Source of the DNA: Nemertoderma westbladi
Lineage: Eukaryota; Animalia; Xenacoelomorpha
DNA: 64,000 nt
NCBI GenBank assembly: GCA_032718475.1
Contig: JAUCBJ010007778.1
Span: 1 to 64,000 of the forward strand
Direction: 5' to 3'
In this document: piece after piece, positions 46,225-58,599 of the stretch
How positions within the stretch are numbered: position 1 is the first letter of the stretch
How the letters are laid out: every line of letters begins with the position of its first letter
Program-made: the position numbers and the translations under genes
Notes under the pieces: model-generated
The model's input: only the letters and a program-made list of their open reading frames with translations
The model's database searches: none
What the model was told of the DNA's origin: nothing

Positions 46225-48480
46225 TGATGGAGGAAACTGGAGGCGGATAGGGTCGAGGAGAGGAGACTAGATGAGGTCGCCAGGAGAGAGAGAAGGGAGG
46301 CAGCGGACAGAGAGGCAGATATAAGGGGAGAGGAGTATGAGTTCGAAGCCCAGGATTTGGACGAGCTGAGGTGGGGATCGGTGACCTTGGACGAGTTTCG
46401 GCTGGGGGACGAACTGGGTTGGATGGAAGAAACACCGACACAGTCAACATCGGGGTTGCAAAGAATGCCCATGCCAGCAGGCTCTGAGGGCGACATCGGA
46501 AGGAAGAGACCGTGGGAGGTAGAAGGGTGGAAGGCTATGGGCGGATACCAGGGCGGAAAGTGACACGGTGGATTAACTGGGCTCCCGGGTTTGGATCCGC
46601 TCCCAGCAGGGGAAGAGGAAGAGGACGAGTTTGGGGTGATGCCACCGATAGAAGGGATTGCGCCCCCGGCAAGGGAAGAGGAGGAGGACGAGTTCGGGGC
46701 GGTAGCAAGGATCAGCCACTCAGACACGGACTGGGTGGATGGGAGAATGGTGATGGCCAGCGGGAGGTGAGCCTTCTGGGACAAACCCGGTAAGTGGACC
46801 TGGGAGCACGGGGAGCCGGCAATGGACTTTGCGGCGAGTACAATCCAGCTGGGCGAGCAACTGGGGACGGCACCATGAGTAGTGTTTGGAGAAACGATGC
46901 CGAGGGTGGAGGAGGACATCGATATGGGTAGGGAAGGCAACGTCCAGTTGTTTACCTACCAGCGGCTCCATAGACCCAGGAGGCCACGCAGAGCCAAGGA
47001 CGACTTAGGGCGGGAGACAATGATGCACGGTTGCGATTACTGTGGGAGATTAACCCATCAGCAAAAGAACTGTCTATACCGTTACCAGAAGGGGACGGTG
47101 TATCTTTACTGCCGCAAGTCTACACACAAGATGGGTGCGTGTCCGAGGTTGCACAACAGATGTTCGAAGTGCAAATTTAGAGGGCACCTTGAGTGCCAGT
47201 GCGACTGGATGGACGATGAGGAGAAATTCCGCATTTTCGAGGAGTGGGCCGACGTCGGAGTCATGACACGACAAAGGATGAAGGCCCAGGAGTTCCGGTG
47301 GGGTTTCTTCAACATTAATATAGAAGCCCACCAGCAGATCACCAAGAGGAGACTACCATTCACGTATCAGGAGGTAACGACAGCGGCATCATACGGAGGG
47401 GTCATCAACACCCAAAGATATCTGGACAGATGGTCACCAGAAAATAGGATCGAATTCAGGGATTTTCTGGCAGAACATGTGCCGCGTGCGATGAAGATGA
47501 TCTTGTGGGACGCTACCAGAGGGAGACAGGAGGGACACTCAGTGGGACCACATGCAAAGCGATACCAGGAGTTAATAACACCAGTACCCAAAGAACCAAC
47601 AACGGGGCTTGGTAAGACTGTATCAGCGAGGATGAGTAGCCTCAAGGGTAAACAGGAAGGGAGGAAGCGGCCCAGACAGGATGACGATAGGGGCAAGGAA
47701 CGTAGATGGTTCCCGGAGGGTTCGGGAGGAGCAATGTATAACTCCAAGACAGGGAATGTCAATGTGCCTGGAAGGCACCACATGGACACACCAGTACAAA
47801 CTCCTAAGTGCAATTTAATTAAGTGCAATTAGTATGTACGTACATAAATAATCAATATACACATATATATCCAATATATAATCAGTATTTACCTATCATT
47901 GTCGAATATAACCTTTTCCAATTAGCTACTGGGACTGGGGACTAATTGACTGAAGCAGGAGGACGAGACAAAGACGGATCTCACTGACATGCCGTACACA
48001 TGCGTGGGACCCGATAAGAGTGTGATGGGAGTAACAGCGAAAACATGTTGAGTATGGGAGGAGTATGGGGAGGAGGTGTTAGGGTATGAGGAAGTAAAAA
48101 ATGTGTGAAACTCAAGTGTGGGGAGTGAGCATAGAAGGGGATGAGTCCCAAGGGACTAGCGAAAGAGGAAGGGACAACAAAATCCGAGTGGCATTTTATC
48201 AATTATAGTTGGCGAGGTGACATTACCAATAATATTGTCACCTCACAACCAACTAAGGCGATACACGCCGCAAGCCACAGGGAAAGTTGAGAGGTCAAAC
48301 CATCTCAGAGGGAGAAAGAGTCTAGCAAGGCTAGCACGTGGGGATAGTGGCAAGAGGGAGTGGCGAGGTGACAATTAATCAGGTTAAGCCAATGATGGGT
48401 GGGGAAAACACATTGGAAGTGATTAGAGCGCATCTATTGGACAGACCACTCAGTAGAGTAGAGTTGGTTCAATATGTGTT
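46225..48480 (+). mobile_element. 3' fragment of a BEL/Pao-related element: extra ORF, PPT (48067-48076) and start of LTR (TG at 48077); right boundary approximate
   Basis: Colinear similarity with the reverse complement of ~54200-55480 (QSTSGLQ.MP.PAG.EG, HSDTDWV, MKMILWDATRGRQ, AATTAGCTACTGGGACTGGGG). Confidence 0.75.
46228..47832 (+). pseudogene. Retrotransposon accessory ORF (~535 codons, 3 in-frame TGA; last 316 codons open) encoding an acidic N-terminus and three CCHC zinc knuckles
   Basis: CDYCGRLTHQQKNC, (Y)LYCRKSTHKMGAC and CSKCKFRGHLECQC; single frame with TGA at 46561, 46768 and 46876. Confidence 0.7.
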
Positions 48481-49639
48481 AATAATAATATAACTGTTGC
48501 ACTTATTGATTCTGATTCAGTTGGTTTCTATACAGTTGTGAGACGGGAACAGTTTTTAACCATCGTCATTACCGTGCTATTATATTCTGACTGTGCTATT
48601 ATTATGTTCTGTGATTACAACGACTGACAGTAAAAACTCAGTTATTTCAACGGCCTTCGGCCTATTATATCCAGACTACAACTTTAGCAGCCCATGGATG
48701 CGGCGACGCGTATAACACACACACCAGTCACACTGCCAGTCAGTACAGTAGGCCTAGTCAGAATTTTTTCTTAAGTAACCAAGTCTACGATTTGCAAATG
48801 ATTCTGCTTGATATTTGCAAGTACGATTTCTTGATATCTAAATAATATCTACCAACAGACCAACGCCGAGTTGTGTTGTCTTTGTTGCTGCCTAGTTTCT
48901 CATTGCATGCAGAGAGGTATTGGCTATGGGAGAGTGGGGTCATTCCATCATAATCATCCGGCAAAAGCATAATTTGTCACCCATGTCTTCAGAATTGGCC
49001 CTTGTATTGTTGTGTTGTAGACCATGGCGGATTTAATATGTAAAAGAATTTCCCCAAAGGTACCATGGGATCAAAAGTTACAGTACTTTGAATATCAGGC
49101 TCCGCATGGCATAAATGTTGCACTATAGGATTTACTCATAAGGCCGAAACCAAAAAATGGGAAAGCCATTGGTCTCAAATTGTGTTAAAAATAACTCTAC
49201 AGGGGTTTTCTCAGGTCCTGATACCGAAATGAGGTTAGAAATGCAGATTTATTTGGTCTTATTGATTTTTCAGTGTAAATTTAAGATTAGCGATATATCG
49301 CGAATATTAATTTTTGATTTAAAAATTCGCCATGTGAGCATTTTCAAGAAACTGACACTTGGATATATAGTTTAATACATATATTGATATATACAGTAAC
49401 TATATATGGGTGCATACAATATTTTGTACCCATGTAGCAGCAGCATTGCCCCCCTACGATGTTTTGTTTTGGATAATCAAGCCAAAGATCGAAAGGATCT
49501 GGGTAGAAGATTAGCCTTTCCTGATGATTGTGGTGCCTGGAGTTCCACTTAGCTGTATATTCTGTTAACAATAAGTACATGGTAAGCAGCACTAACCCAC
49601 CTTTGTTGAAGACAATTACTCCGAATCGGCAAGATGATA

Positions 49640-50025
49640 ACTCCATTTTTTATTGCACAGTTGGTGTGGTTAACAGTTAACAAAGAAGTTAAAGTACCCA
49701 TCTATCCACAGCCTGAAAAATATCAGATTGTTGATGTTCATAGATATTATGTAAAAAAAATGAAGAGAGAGGAGAAAACTATAAGAAAAGGTTGTAATTT
49801 TTTCCAATCAGAGATAATGTTTGTTTAATTGAGTATATTGGTATATATCTTTCTATTACTCCACCTCCCCATGGCAATGTGAATAATCCTGATGGATAAA
49901 ACATCCATATGAAGGACCGCTCCTGAAACGATTGAGAATATTGATGAAAAGGTGAAGACAATTTCGTCACCACGTAAAGTATACAGTGAGTTGCAAATGA
50001 TTCATTGTTAGCCCCTCGAGATTAT
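49640..50025 (+). pseudogene. Possible highly degenerate transposase-like coding fragment
   Basis: Fragmented peptides YPQP...VHRYY and SPRKVYSELQ...PRD across frames; family not assignable. Confidence 0.25.
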
Positions 50026-50859
50026 TGATTAAAATAGGAAAGCATGCCAATATGGTGCACTTTAAATTTTTTTTTAACTTCAGTAATTGTCGAAGTCACC
50101 CCATACTATGGAGATTTTTATTATACTTATCATTTTATCGAATTCAAGCTTATAAAGGGTTGACTTCAACATTTTTTTATATTTTAAACATCCATGATAA
50201 TCGCACCTAAAAACAGTCTATGAGACTTCCAAGACATGTTTTTAAGGGCAATTACCATGGATGGCTATAGTTTATGTTTTATTATTTAATAATTACCAGA
50301 GTTTATGTTATTGCATGGGCATAACTTAAACAATTAGTTCCCACTTGCCATTTATGTGAGTAGTGTCTACATCATTGTCCAGAATAGGGTGTTTCCCTTC
50401 ACTTCTATGGGGCTTTCTATTATTCCTATGTGTCCCAAATACATTGTGTAATGTTTTCCAACCTGTCCAATATAGGGGCATCCAATCAAATCGTCATATG
50501 AGCCAACTCCTCATCATCGGACCAATACCAACATTCCTAAAGTTAGGCATCTCTCTTATTGGCTATATAATGTAAAGGTTAATGGAAAATTCCACTGATA
50601 TATAATCCAAGTGTCAGCTACGAATCCGGGGCTCATTATAACAACCTAAACTGGAAGGAGCAATGTATTTGGGACAAGAGCTGGTTGAGGTATATGTAAA
50701 TTGTCTTTTTGGGTAAGTTTTTTTTGGGTAATATTGTGTTTTTTGTGTTTTATTGTGTTTTTGTGTGTTTTTTTGGATAAAGTTTTGTGTTTTTTTGTAT
50801 TTTTTGTGTTTTTCTGTGTATTTTTGGGTAATTTGGTGTTTTTTTGGGTAATTCGTAGG

Positions 50860-51110
50860 ACCGGTAGAATCGTAGACTGCACCATTTGGTCCATTCAGAA
50901 TAGCAATTCTTGGCTTTGTAACACACCATTGGGGGGAGAAAGATTCCTTTAGCATTGGCACAGAAGAGAACACTGTTATTTGAATTTGTGTGATCAATTG
51001 TCCTCTCTAGCCGACTGCCTGACTGCAGCCACATCTGCAGATTACATTCTTGTTGCCAGGGTTGTCTGCAAAGTTTGTTTCGTCATACTGACATAGTTAC
51101 ATATAAATTT
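50860..51110 (-). pseudogene. pogo/Tigger-like DDE_1 transposase fragment
   Basis: YDETNFADNPG.K.VI...SVLFCANAKGIFLPPMVCYKAKN.Y.EW...GPNGAVYDST. Confidence 0.75.
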
Positions 51111-51111
51111 G

Positions 51112-53317
51112 TTATTATTATTATTATTATTATTAAACACGGTGAAATATTATAAAAATGTTAACACCGGAGAAAAACAACAAGGTACACTTACGGTAAA
51201 ACCAGGTACACTAATAGTTGAATTGAAATCAGAAAAACACGAATGAATAAAATTAGTGACCAATGCATCTTAAGAAAATAAAAACGGACAGTACATACTA
51301 AAGAGAGAAATCAAGCGGAAATTTAAACGGAAATGAAGTAAAAATATTGAAATTATGTATGTAAATACTATAAACAGTACATTAGAGCAGCATATTATTA
51401 AAAATTTACAAATCTTATAAAAACGTAACAATATGCCATATTAAATTAAAAACGTATACATGAGTTCCAAGTAGTACAGTAGAACAAATGACATTATTAC
51501 AAATATAGATATAGAAGGCAGATAACAATTAATAGTATGTAGAAATTATAATAGATATGATAAAAACATAAAGTAGAACAGATAAAAACATATATTATAT
51601 TTACAGATAAAATTACAATAATTACACTAAATTCCGGTTAAACTTACAAAAAGAAAGTAGGTTAATTTCTTTGAGTCTTAGAGGAAATAACAGTTTATTA
51701 CGGCAATTTACAACTTCAGCTGGAAGCGAGTTCCAAATGGGCACCACTCTATGGGAAAAATTATTTTTGCTCATCTGCAAGCGCGACTGTTTATGAAACA
51801 GTTTACGGTCGTGACCTTTCAACCCACCCCTAGGGGCCAAGGTAAAGAAGTCAGCGAAGTTTAGGTCGACTTTGTTGTTCGAAAGAGCGAAGGTCATCTT
51901 GAGGTCAAAAATTATGCGGCGCACTTCCAGGGGTTGAAGTTGTAATACATTAATTCGATTCAAATAGCTTACTGTATAATCCAAATTACAACATTTAAAA
52001 AGGCGGCGCGTAAAATATCTCTGTACCCGCTCAAGTAAGTCTATACAACCTAAATGAAAAGGAGACCATATAGGCGTACAGTACTCTAATAAGGAACGCA
52101 CATAAGATTTAAAAGCCATAATTAATGCAGAATGATTCGAAGTTAAAAAGCAAATGAAAATCAAATTTGTCCTTTTTAGGGCCTTGGCATAGCTTGTTCG
52201 CGACAATAAACATCGAAATTAAGAGAACTACACATTGTAATACCCAGGTCTCTACAGGAAGTGTCAATCTTTAAACATTTACCACCTAACATGTACTGCG
52301 TATCATTTCGGTCTGCCGAACCGATGTAAAGCACGGTGCACTTATGAGCAGCAATTTTGAGTTGCCATGTATCAGCCCACTTTTCCAAAGCAGATAAAGC
52401 TTCAGCGAGTTGCAAATTATCGGACGAGCGCGCATGCAGCTTTACATCGTCGGCGAACAATTTGCATGATACACTATTACCGATTATATCAGGTAGGTCA
52501 TTAATAAATAACACAAACAATATTGGGCCAAGTACGCTACCTTGAGGGGTACCGGATAGTACATAGCAGACATCGGAAAAACTATTTCCAACAACAACAC
52601 GTTGGCTACGATCAGATAAAAAAGCCGATAACCACAATAGTAAATCTCCAGATATACCATATGCCGATAATTTAGATAATAACTTCCTATGTACAACAGA
52701 ATCAAATGCTTTCGCAAAATCAATATAAATTGTGTCCGTGCTCTGTCGACTATCTAATAAATTGCACCAATCAGTTGTACATTGCAATAATCGAGTACAG
52801 GTAGACCGTTTCTTTAGGAACCCATGTTGCGATTTAGATATGAGTTTATGAGAATATAAATAATCGAGCAATTTGCCCTTTATACACATCTCCATAATTT
52901 TGCATGCAATACAGGTCAAAGAAACAGGTCTGTAATTGTACGGGTCGGCAGCATCCCCCTTCTTATAGATTGGAACAATGAATGCTGTTAACCAAATAGA
53001 AGGTAGACAATGGCTACTAAACGATATTTGGAAAATGGCCGCTAGAGGAGCTGCCAAGCACCGTGATAATCTAGAGAAGATAATACTGGGGAAGCCATCA
53101 GGCGTACGACTCGATTTACCTTCAAGGATACGTTTACCGGACTAAAATCAACATGAGACATAGAAATATGATTGGGAACACGCCGCTCAAAATTTGGTGT
53201 AGCACTGTTATCAACGGAAAAGTTTTCTGGGAATACCTTTGATAGAATACGGGCTTTCTCAATATCATCTACCACGGTTGCACCTTTAAATTTAAACAGT
53301 GAAACACCAGAATTAAG
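51112..53317 (-). mobile_element. CR1/L2-group LINE (RT 52176-53057, C-terminus 51622-52206, 3' UTR and (TAA)n tail), cut at its 5' side by the BEL LTR
   Basis: NYRPVSLT, SQHGF, DFAKAFDSV, GTPQGSVLGP, LFADDVKL, LEYCTPIWSP, FSHRVVPIWNSLP; (TAA)n tail at 51112-51134. Confidence 0.9.
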
Positions 53318-54256
53318 TGTGACAGGATCCAGGAAGGATCCCGGTTTATCCGGTGTTAGTTTACGCGTCCCCGCCGTGTGTGAAAGTAAATGAGTTCGTG
53401 TCGTTCGTTGTGTATAATAACTGGTATAAAGATATAGATATAGATATGGATTGTCGTACACGGAAGGCGGGATACGGTAACTAAAGTCCCGGTCCTTCCC
53501 TGGCTAAACTATCTAACCTAACTAGCACCAATATGATACTGAGATAACTGAATGAAATGATTACTACCAACTGGCTATATTGCACGGTTGGCCTTGTTAC
53601 TCTACCTAATCGATGCCTTTCCCCCTCTGATTGGTTGATACCCTTGTTGGCGCCCTTTGGAGTGTTTCCGTTCACTCCACCTGTTCTCTCTGGGTTAGGG
53701 GTTTGGCCCCTGACCCTTATTGTGTGTTTCTCCTTCCCATTCTTATTGGGGTGGCACGAGTGATTGATTACCCAATCTCGTGGCCCCCAATATTGCTTGT
53801 CGGCTTAACTTTATGGGGTGTTAGCGGGATTGAATAAGCTAACACTCCCCCCCATGCTATCTTCCCAGTAAGAAGATAGCATCAACCAAAAAGTGCGCTG
53901 CAATCCCGCTGGATCCCGATCTAGTATCGGGTGTGGGGTGGAATTCTTTTCTCTCGGAGCCGGCTTTCCAGGCCACTCCCTATGGGCATGATAACGCAAC
54001 CCTTTATGCCTGGCATCTCATGTCGGGCCGATCGCGCTCACCTCTCACGCGACTTTTGTTTCCCCAACACTTTCGCCCTATCTCTTCTCCACTCTCACTC
54101 TAACTCTCTCATACCCTCGGACCTCCTCGTCCCTCACTCAGCCTCTTATTATCCCCCCCCCCCCACACACTAGAATTGCGTCCGCACTCTCTCCGCACTT
54201 CGCACTATTACTCCGTCCCTCAACCCCACTTTGACTACCTCATCCCTCCTGACGAA
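53318..54256 (-). repeat. 3' LTR of the BEL element (~940 bp)
   Basis: Follows PPT AAGAGGGGGGGGGAGA (54257-54272, minus); ends CA at 53318 where LINE sequence resumes; start aligns with the TG at 48077 of the second copy but reads TT here. Confidence 0.65.
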
Positions 54257-54469
54257 TCTCCCCCCCCCTCTTGTGCCGTCGCACTCAAGAAGTGTGAATT
54301 TGTCTGGTGTCTCGTCCATAGTGCCATAGTCAGTTTACCCCCCAGTCCCAGTAGCTAATTGAGAAAGGTTGTATGACTATAGTACTTACTCCGAATGTAT
54401 GTATTTGTAGATTACTAATTACTACGTACGTACATACAAATTGCACTTATATGATTATTTGCATTAATT

Positions 54470-55480
54470 AAATTTGTACTTAATAGTTCGTACGTCCCAC
54501 GCGGCGCCTTCCAGGCGTACCACGTCCAAGCCTCAGTTTCGCTCCCTCGGCTCTGGGAACCTATCTGTTCCTCTGGGGATAGTTCCCCCTGGCGTCCTCT
54601 TCCCTGGGTCGTTTCTTGGTTACCACCGCTCCTCTGGGATCCGCTCTCTGCTTTCGGACCTTCGCCGCCACCTCCCTGCTGATTCCGGTTGTTGGCTCCT
54701 TGGGCACTGGTGTTATTAGTGCCCGATATCGCTTCGCCGGTGGCCCCTCAGAGTGGCCCTGTTGTCTCCCTCTGGTGGCGTCCCATAGGATCATCTTCAT
54801 TGCGTCCCAAGCGATCTCCGCGTTCCGTGGAGTCGCTGGTAGGCGGACTTCTCCACGTTGGTGTCCCTGTCTACGTCGATCTCTCCGCCCCTCTCGGGCA
54901 TCGTCTCCCCGAATACTATCCGTGGTGCCGTCCCCGGTTGCTCGCCCAACCTGGTAGTGCTCCCCGCGAAATCCATCGCCGGCTCCTCTTGTACCTAGGC
55001 CCGCTTGCCGGGTCTATCCCAGAAGGCCCTCGCCCCACTGGCCGTCACCACCCTCCCGCCAACCCAGTCCGTGTCCGAGTGGCCAATCCTCTCGATGGGC
55101 GGCACCCCTCCGAACTCGTCGTCGTCTTCCTCCTCTGGCAGTGGCTCCAACCCCGGTATCCCGATGGATCCACTATGTCCCTTCCTGCCTTGGCTCTCGC
55201 CCGTAGCTCTCCATCCCTCTAGCTCCCTTAACTTCCTTGGCGGTTGTTCGCCCTCGGCGCCCGCTGGTATGGGCATCGCTTGCAATCCCGACGTCGACTG
55301 TTTCGGTGATCCCACCGTCCACCCCAGTTCTTTCCCTAGAGACTCCCCCGAACTCCCTGACGAAGCCCAACGAAGTTCGTCTAAGGCTGCTTATTCCTCG
55401 AAGCCGTAACTCTGCGTCCTGGCCTCCTCTTCCCTCTCCTCTGCTTCTATCCTCTCCCGTCTAGTTTGCCTGCCATCTCG
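54470..55480 (-). pseudogene. BEL accessory ORF in env position, internally deleted (zinc-knuckle core missing)
   Basis: ORF pieces 54995-55315 and 54561-54800 match 46357-47832; YQRLH is followed within ~10 codons by AMKMILWDA, versus ~170 codons in the other copy. Confidence 0.75.
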
Positions 55481-55896
55481 AACTCTCCCCGATCGCTCAC
55501 CCGTAGGTGGTGCCTTGCCAAGGCGCAAACGTGATGAGTGATGGGTTTAGGTGGTTTAAGTTCAGTTCGATGGCCTATCTCTTTCTGAATTTCTGAGTTA
55601 TTGCCTATTCTTACTACTGTTACCATAATTTGTTCCCCTTCTTAGCCCTATTCTTATCCTAATTTTATTTTGATTTAATTTCAATCCTACTACCTTACTG
55701 TTTCCTATTACTTGCTACTGCCTATGGATTATTCTATCTCCTAATCCACATTCTGGCCTACTCTGTGGGCCTGTGCAGTACAGCAGTATATGTCGCGCTG
55801 CCTACACGATCTATCCAACTGTACTCACATGCCCCCCTCTCGCTACTAACTGCTAACCAATATCTATATCTTATATACCCTTCTACCTCTTACTCT

Positions 55897-56423
55897 CTCT
55901 CTAACTAACGGTACTACGTACCCTCTAACTCTAACTTTCTCTCTAACTAACGGTACTACGTACCCTCTAACTCTAACTTTCTCTCTAACTAACGGTACTA
56001 CGTACCCTCTAACCTCTAACTCTTCTCCAACTAACGGTACTACGTACCCTCTAACCTCTAACTCTTCTCCAACTAACGGTACTACGTACCCTCTAACTCT
56101 CTACCTAACGGTACTACGTACCCTCTAACTCTCTACCTAACGGTACTACGTACCCTCTAACTCTCTACCTAACGGTACTACGTACCCTCTAACTCTCTAC
56201 CTAACGGTACTACATACCCTCTAACTCTCTAACTAACGGTACTACGTACCCTCTAACTCTCTACCTAACGGTACTACGTACCCTCTAACTCTCTAACTAA
56301 CGGTACTACGTACCCTCTAACTCTCTACCTAACGGTACTACGTACCCTCTAACTCTTCTCTAACTAACGGTACTACGTACCTCCTAACTAACTAACTAAC
56401 GGTACTACGTACCCTCTAACTCT
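55897..56423. repeat. 15-copy 42/32-bp minisatellite (CTAACGGTACTACGTACCCTCTAACT...) between pol and the accessory ORF
   Basis: GGTAC at 55910, 55952, 55994, 56036, 56078, then ~32-bp steps to 56401. Confidence 0.9.
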
Positions 56424-56573
56424 TACTGACTAACTTCTGCCTACTAACTGCGTACCTACTATGTACTATTATTTTATTTTATTTTTAATTTTTGTGTGGG
56501 AAGGGCGTCTCGCCCTCAATCCCACCCCCCTCAGTCCAAATCTTGGACGACTAAACTCTACTCTAACTCCAAG

Positions 56574-58599
56574 TTAAGGTGCTCCTTCTAACAGACAGCA
56601 TTTTCCTACAGCTCTCCTATAGGTTTTCCTGTCCTTCGCACCTATCTTACCACCTATCCGCACTTCTACCGATCGGACTCTTCCGTCCTTGTCGGAGTAA
56701 GTGCCTACAACTCTCGCCAACCGCCATTGGTTGTTGATGATAGTATCATCCGTAACGATTACGAGATCTCCTACTCTTAACTCCCTATTCGGCTTCCTCC
56801 ACTTGCTTCTTTTATGGAGTGTGGGTAGGTATTCTTCTACCCACCTCCTCCAATACTCTGCGCTTATTGCTTTAGCGACTTTCCAACACTGGCGGGAGTG
56901 TATGTCATCTGGGTCTACACCCCGCATATCGACGGTCGCTGGCCTTTCCATCAGAAAGTGGCTAGGCGTCAGCACGTCTAGTGACTCAGGGTCATCATTC
57001 TCCGGATATAGCGGTCTGCTATTAATGATACCCTCACACTTCGCTAGTACTGTTCTCAAGACGTCCTCTGTGACCATGTGGGTGTTCATTAGCTTCGTCA
57101 TTAGACGCTTTGAACTGCCCACCAGTCTCTCGACGCATCCTAGTGTATGTGGTGCGTACGGCGTCCTTCTCTCCCACTTTACTTGTCGTCGTCTCATGGC
57201 CGCCCTGACTTCCTCCCCTTCCAAGATGTCCATGGCTTCTGCCATCTCATTCTCTGCGCCCACAAAGTTGGTGCCGTTGTCGCTGTATATCACTGCGATC
57301 GTCCCACCTTTGCGGTCTATAAACCTTTCTAAGGCGTTAATGAATGCTGATGCGGTTGCATCTTGGGCGAATTCTATCCCTACCGCCCGCGTGTTGTTAC
57401 ATACGAAGATGATAACGTAGCGTTTCTCGGTCCGAACGTCCGTCCTTTATCGGCCCGAACATGTCCACACCGCAATGTGTAAATGGCGGGTCGTGCTGTC
57501 TTACTCTACTTGCTGGTAGTGGCGCCATCTCTTGTATGGCTCGCTTCTTCTTCGCTCGTCGGCAGGTCTGACACTGCCCCACTACCGCTTTTACCTTCTT
57601 CCTCAATTGTTTGACCCAATAGGTCCTCCTTATTTCTGTGAGGGTTCGGTTGGTGCCCCCATGCAATATCGATTTGTGGGAGTCCCAGATAATCTGGTGG
57701 ACTACTGGCGATCCTGTGGGAATGATGATGGGTTTCGGTGGTACGACTATGCTGTTGTTGTATCCCACCCTAGAATTCATTACTAGAATCCCGTCGTCAT
57801 TGAGTTGTGGCGACAGCGTAATCAGCTCGCTGTCCCGTCGGAGGTGCTGTTGGTTACCGACGCGTTCCACCTCGTCGCCATAGTTCTTCCGTTGTTCATA
57901 GCGGATCACTGCCTTGGCCGCTCCTTCCAGATCTATGGTTGTTCTGATCTTCTTGTCCTTGCCAACTCCCGCAAGGAAATTCCCGAAGGCTCTCGAGTAC
58001 GCCACTAGTTTCTTGGTCTTATACCAACTAGAACTGTAGCTGAGGAGTTTATCCATCGGGTTATCGCACAGTTCTCGTCTTGGTTGCACGTCCCTAATCT
58101 CCCCCACCATTTGGGAGTATATATCTTCTCCCTCTGAATCTCCCTCTTCTCCCTCTGACACTACTTCTGAGCCCGGATCCACCTTTCTCATCGGCGGCCA
58201 GGCCTCTTTATCGCTCAGAAATTGTGGCCCATGTTGCCACAATACTTCCTTCTTCAAGAAAGTGTGGCGTACCACGCCCCTCGACAACAAGTCCGCTGGG
58301 TTCTCGTCTGTTGGGCAGTAGTGCCACCTTTCCAGCTCTGTGGTCGCCCTTATTTCGTCCACTCTATTTGCGACGAATATCGGGTATCTCGTCCTTTCGT
58401 TATGTAGCCAACCAAGCACTACCATGGAGTCCGTCCAGTAGTGTGTCTCCACTATGTTGGGAATAGTATCCACTAGGTAGGCTGTGGCTCTAACTCCTAG
58501 TCTCGCAGCTGTTAATTCTAACTTGGGAACTGATGCTGAATCTGGCGGCGTTGACTTTGCTTTGCTAAAGGCTAGTCTGGGTTTATGAGCCCCCTCTCG
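56574..58599 (-). pseudogene. BEL pol 3' part: RNase H, integrase (H2C2, DDE) and DUF5641-like tail
   Basis: In frame after TAA at 58600-58602: PKLELTAA, WTDS, FVANRV, ENPADLLSRG, HGG...CQTC, GVDMFGP; frameshift near 57440; then SDNGTNF and GCVERLV. Confidence 0.9.

Noticed and set aside
50614-50997. K/T/Q/N-rich or hydrophobic small proteins
   Set aside because: Translations of a T/G low-complexity tract joined to the pogo fragment
53318-55480. A 2.2-kb protein-coding LTR, with 46225-48480 as a solo LTR
   Set aside because: Both copies have a PPT downstream of the ORF (54257-54272; 48067-48076 followed by TG), so the ORF most likely lies outside the LTR
55897-56423. Interstitial telomere repeat
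   Set aside because: TTAGAG/TTAGAGGG words sit inside 32-42-bp units; there is no (TTAGGG)n or (TTAGG)n run
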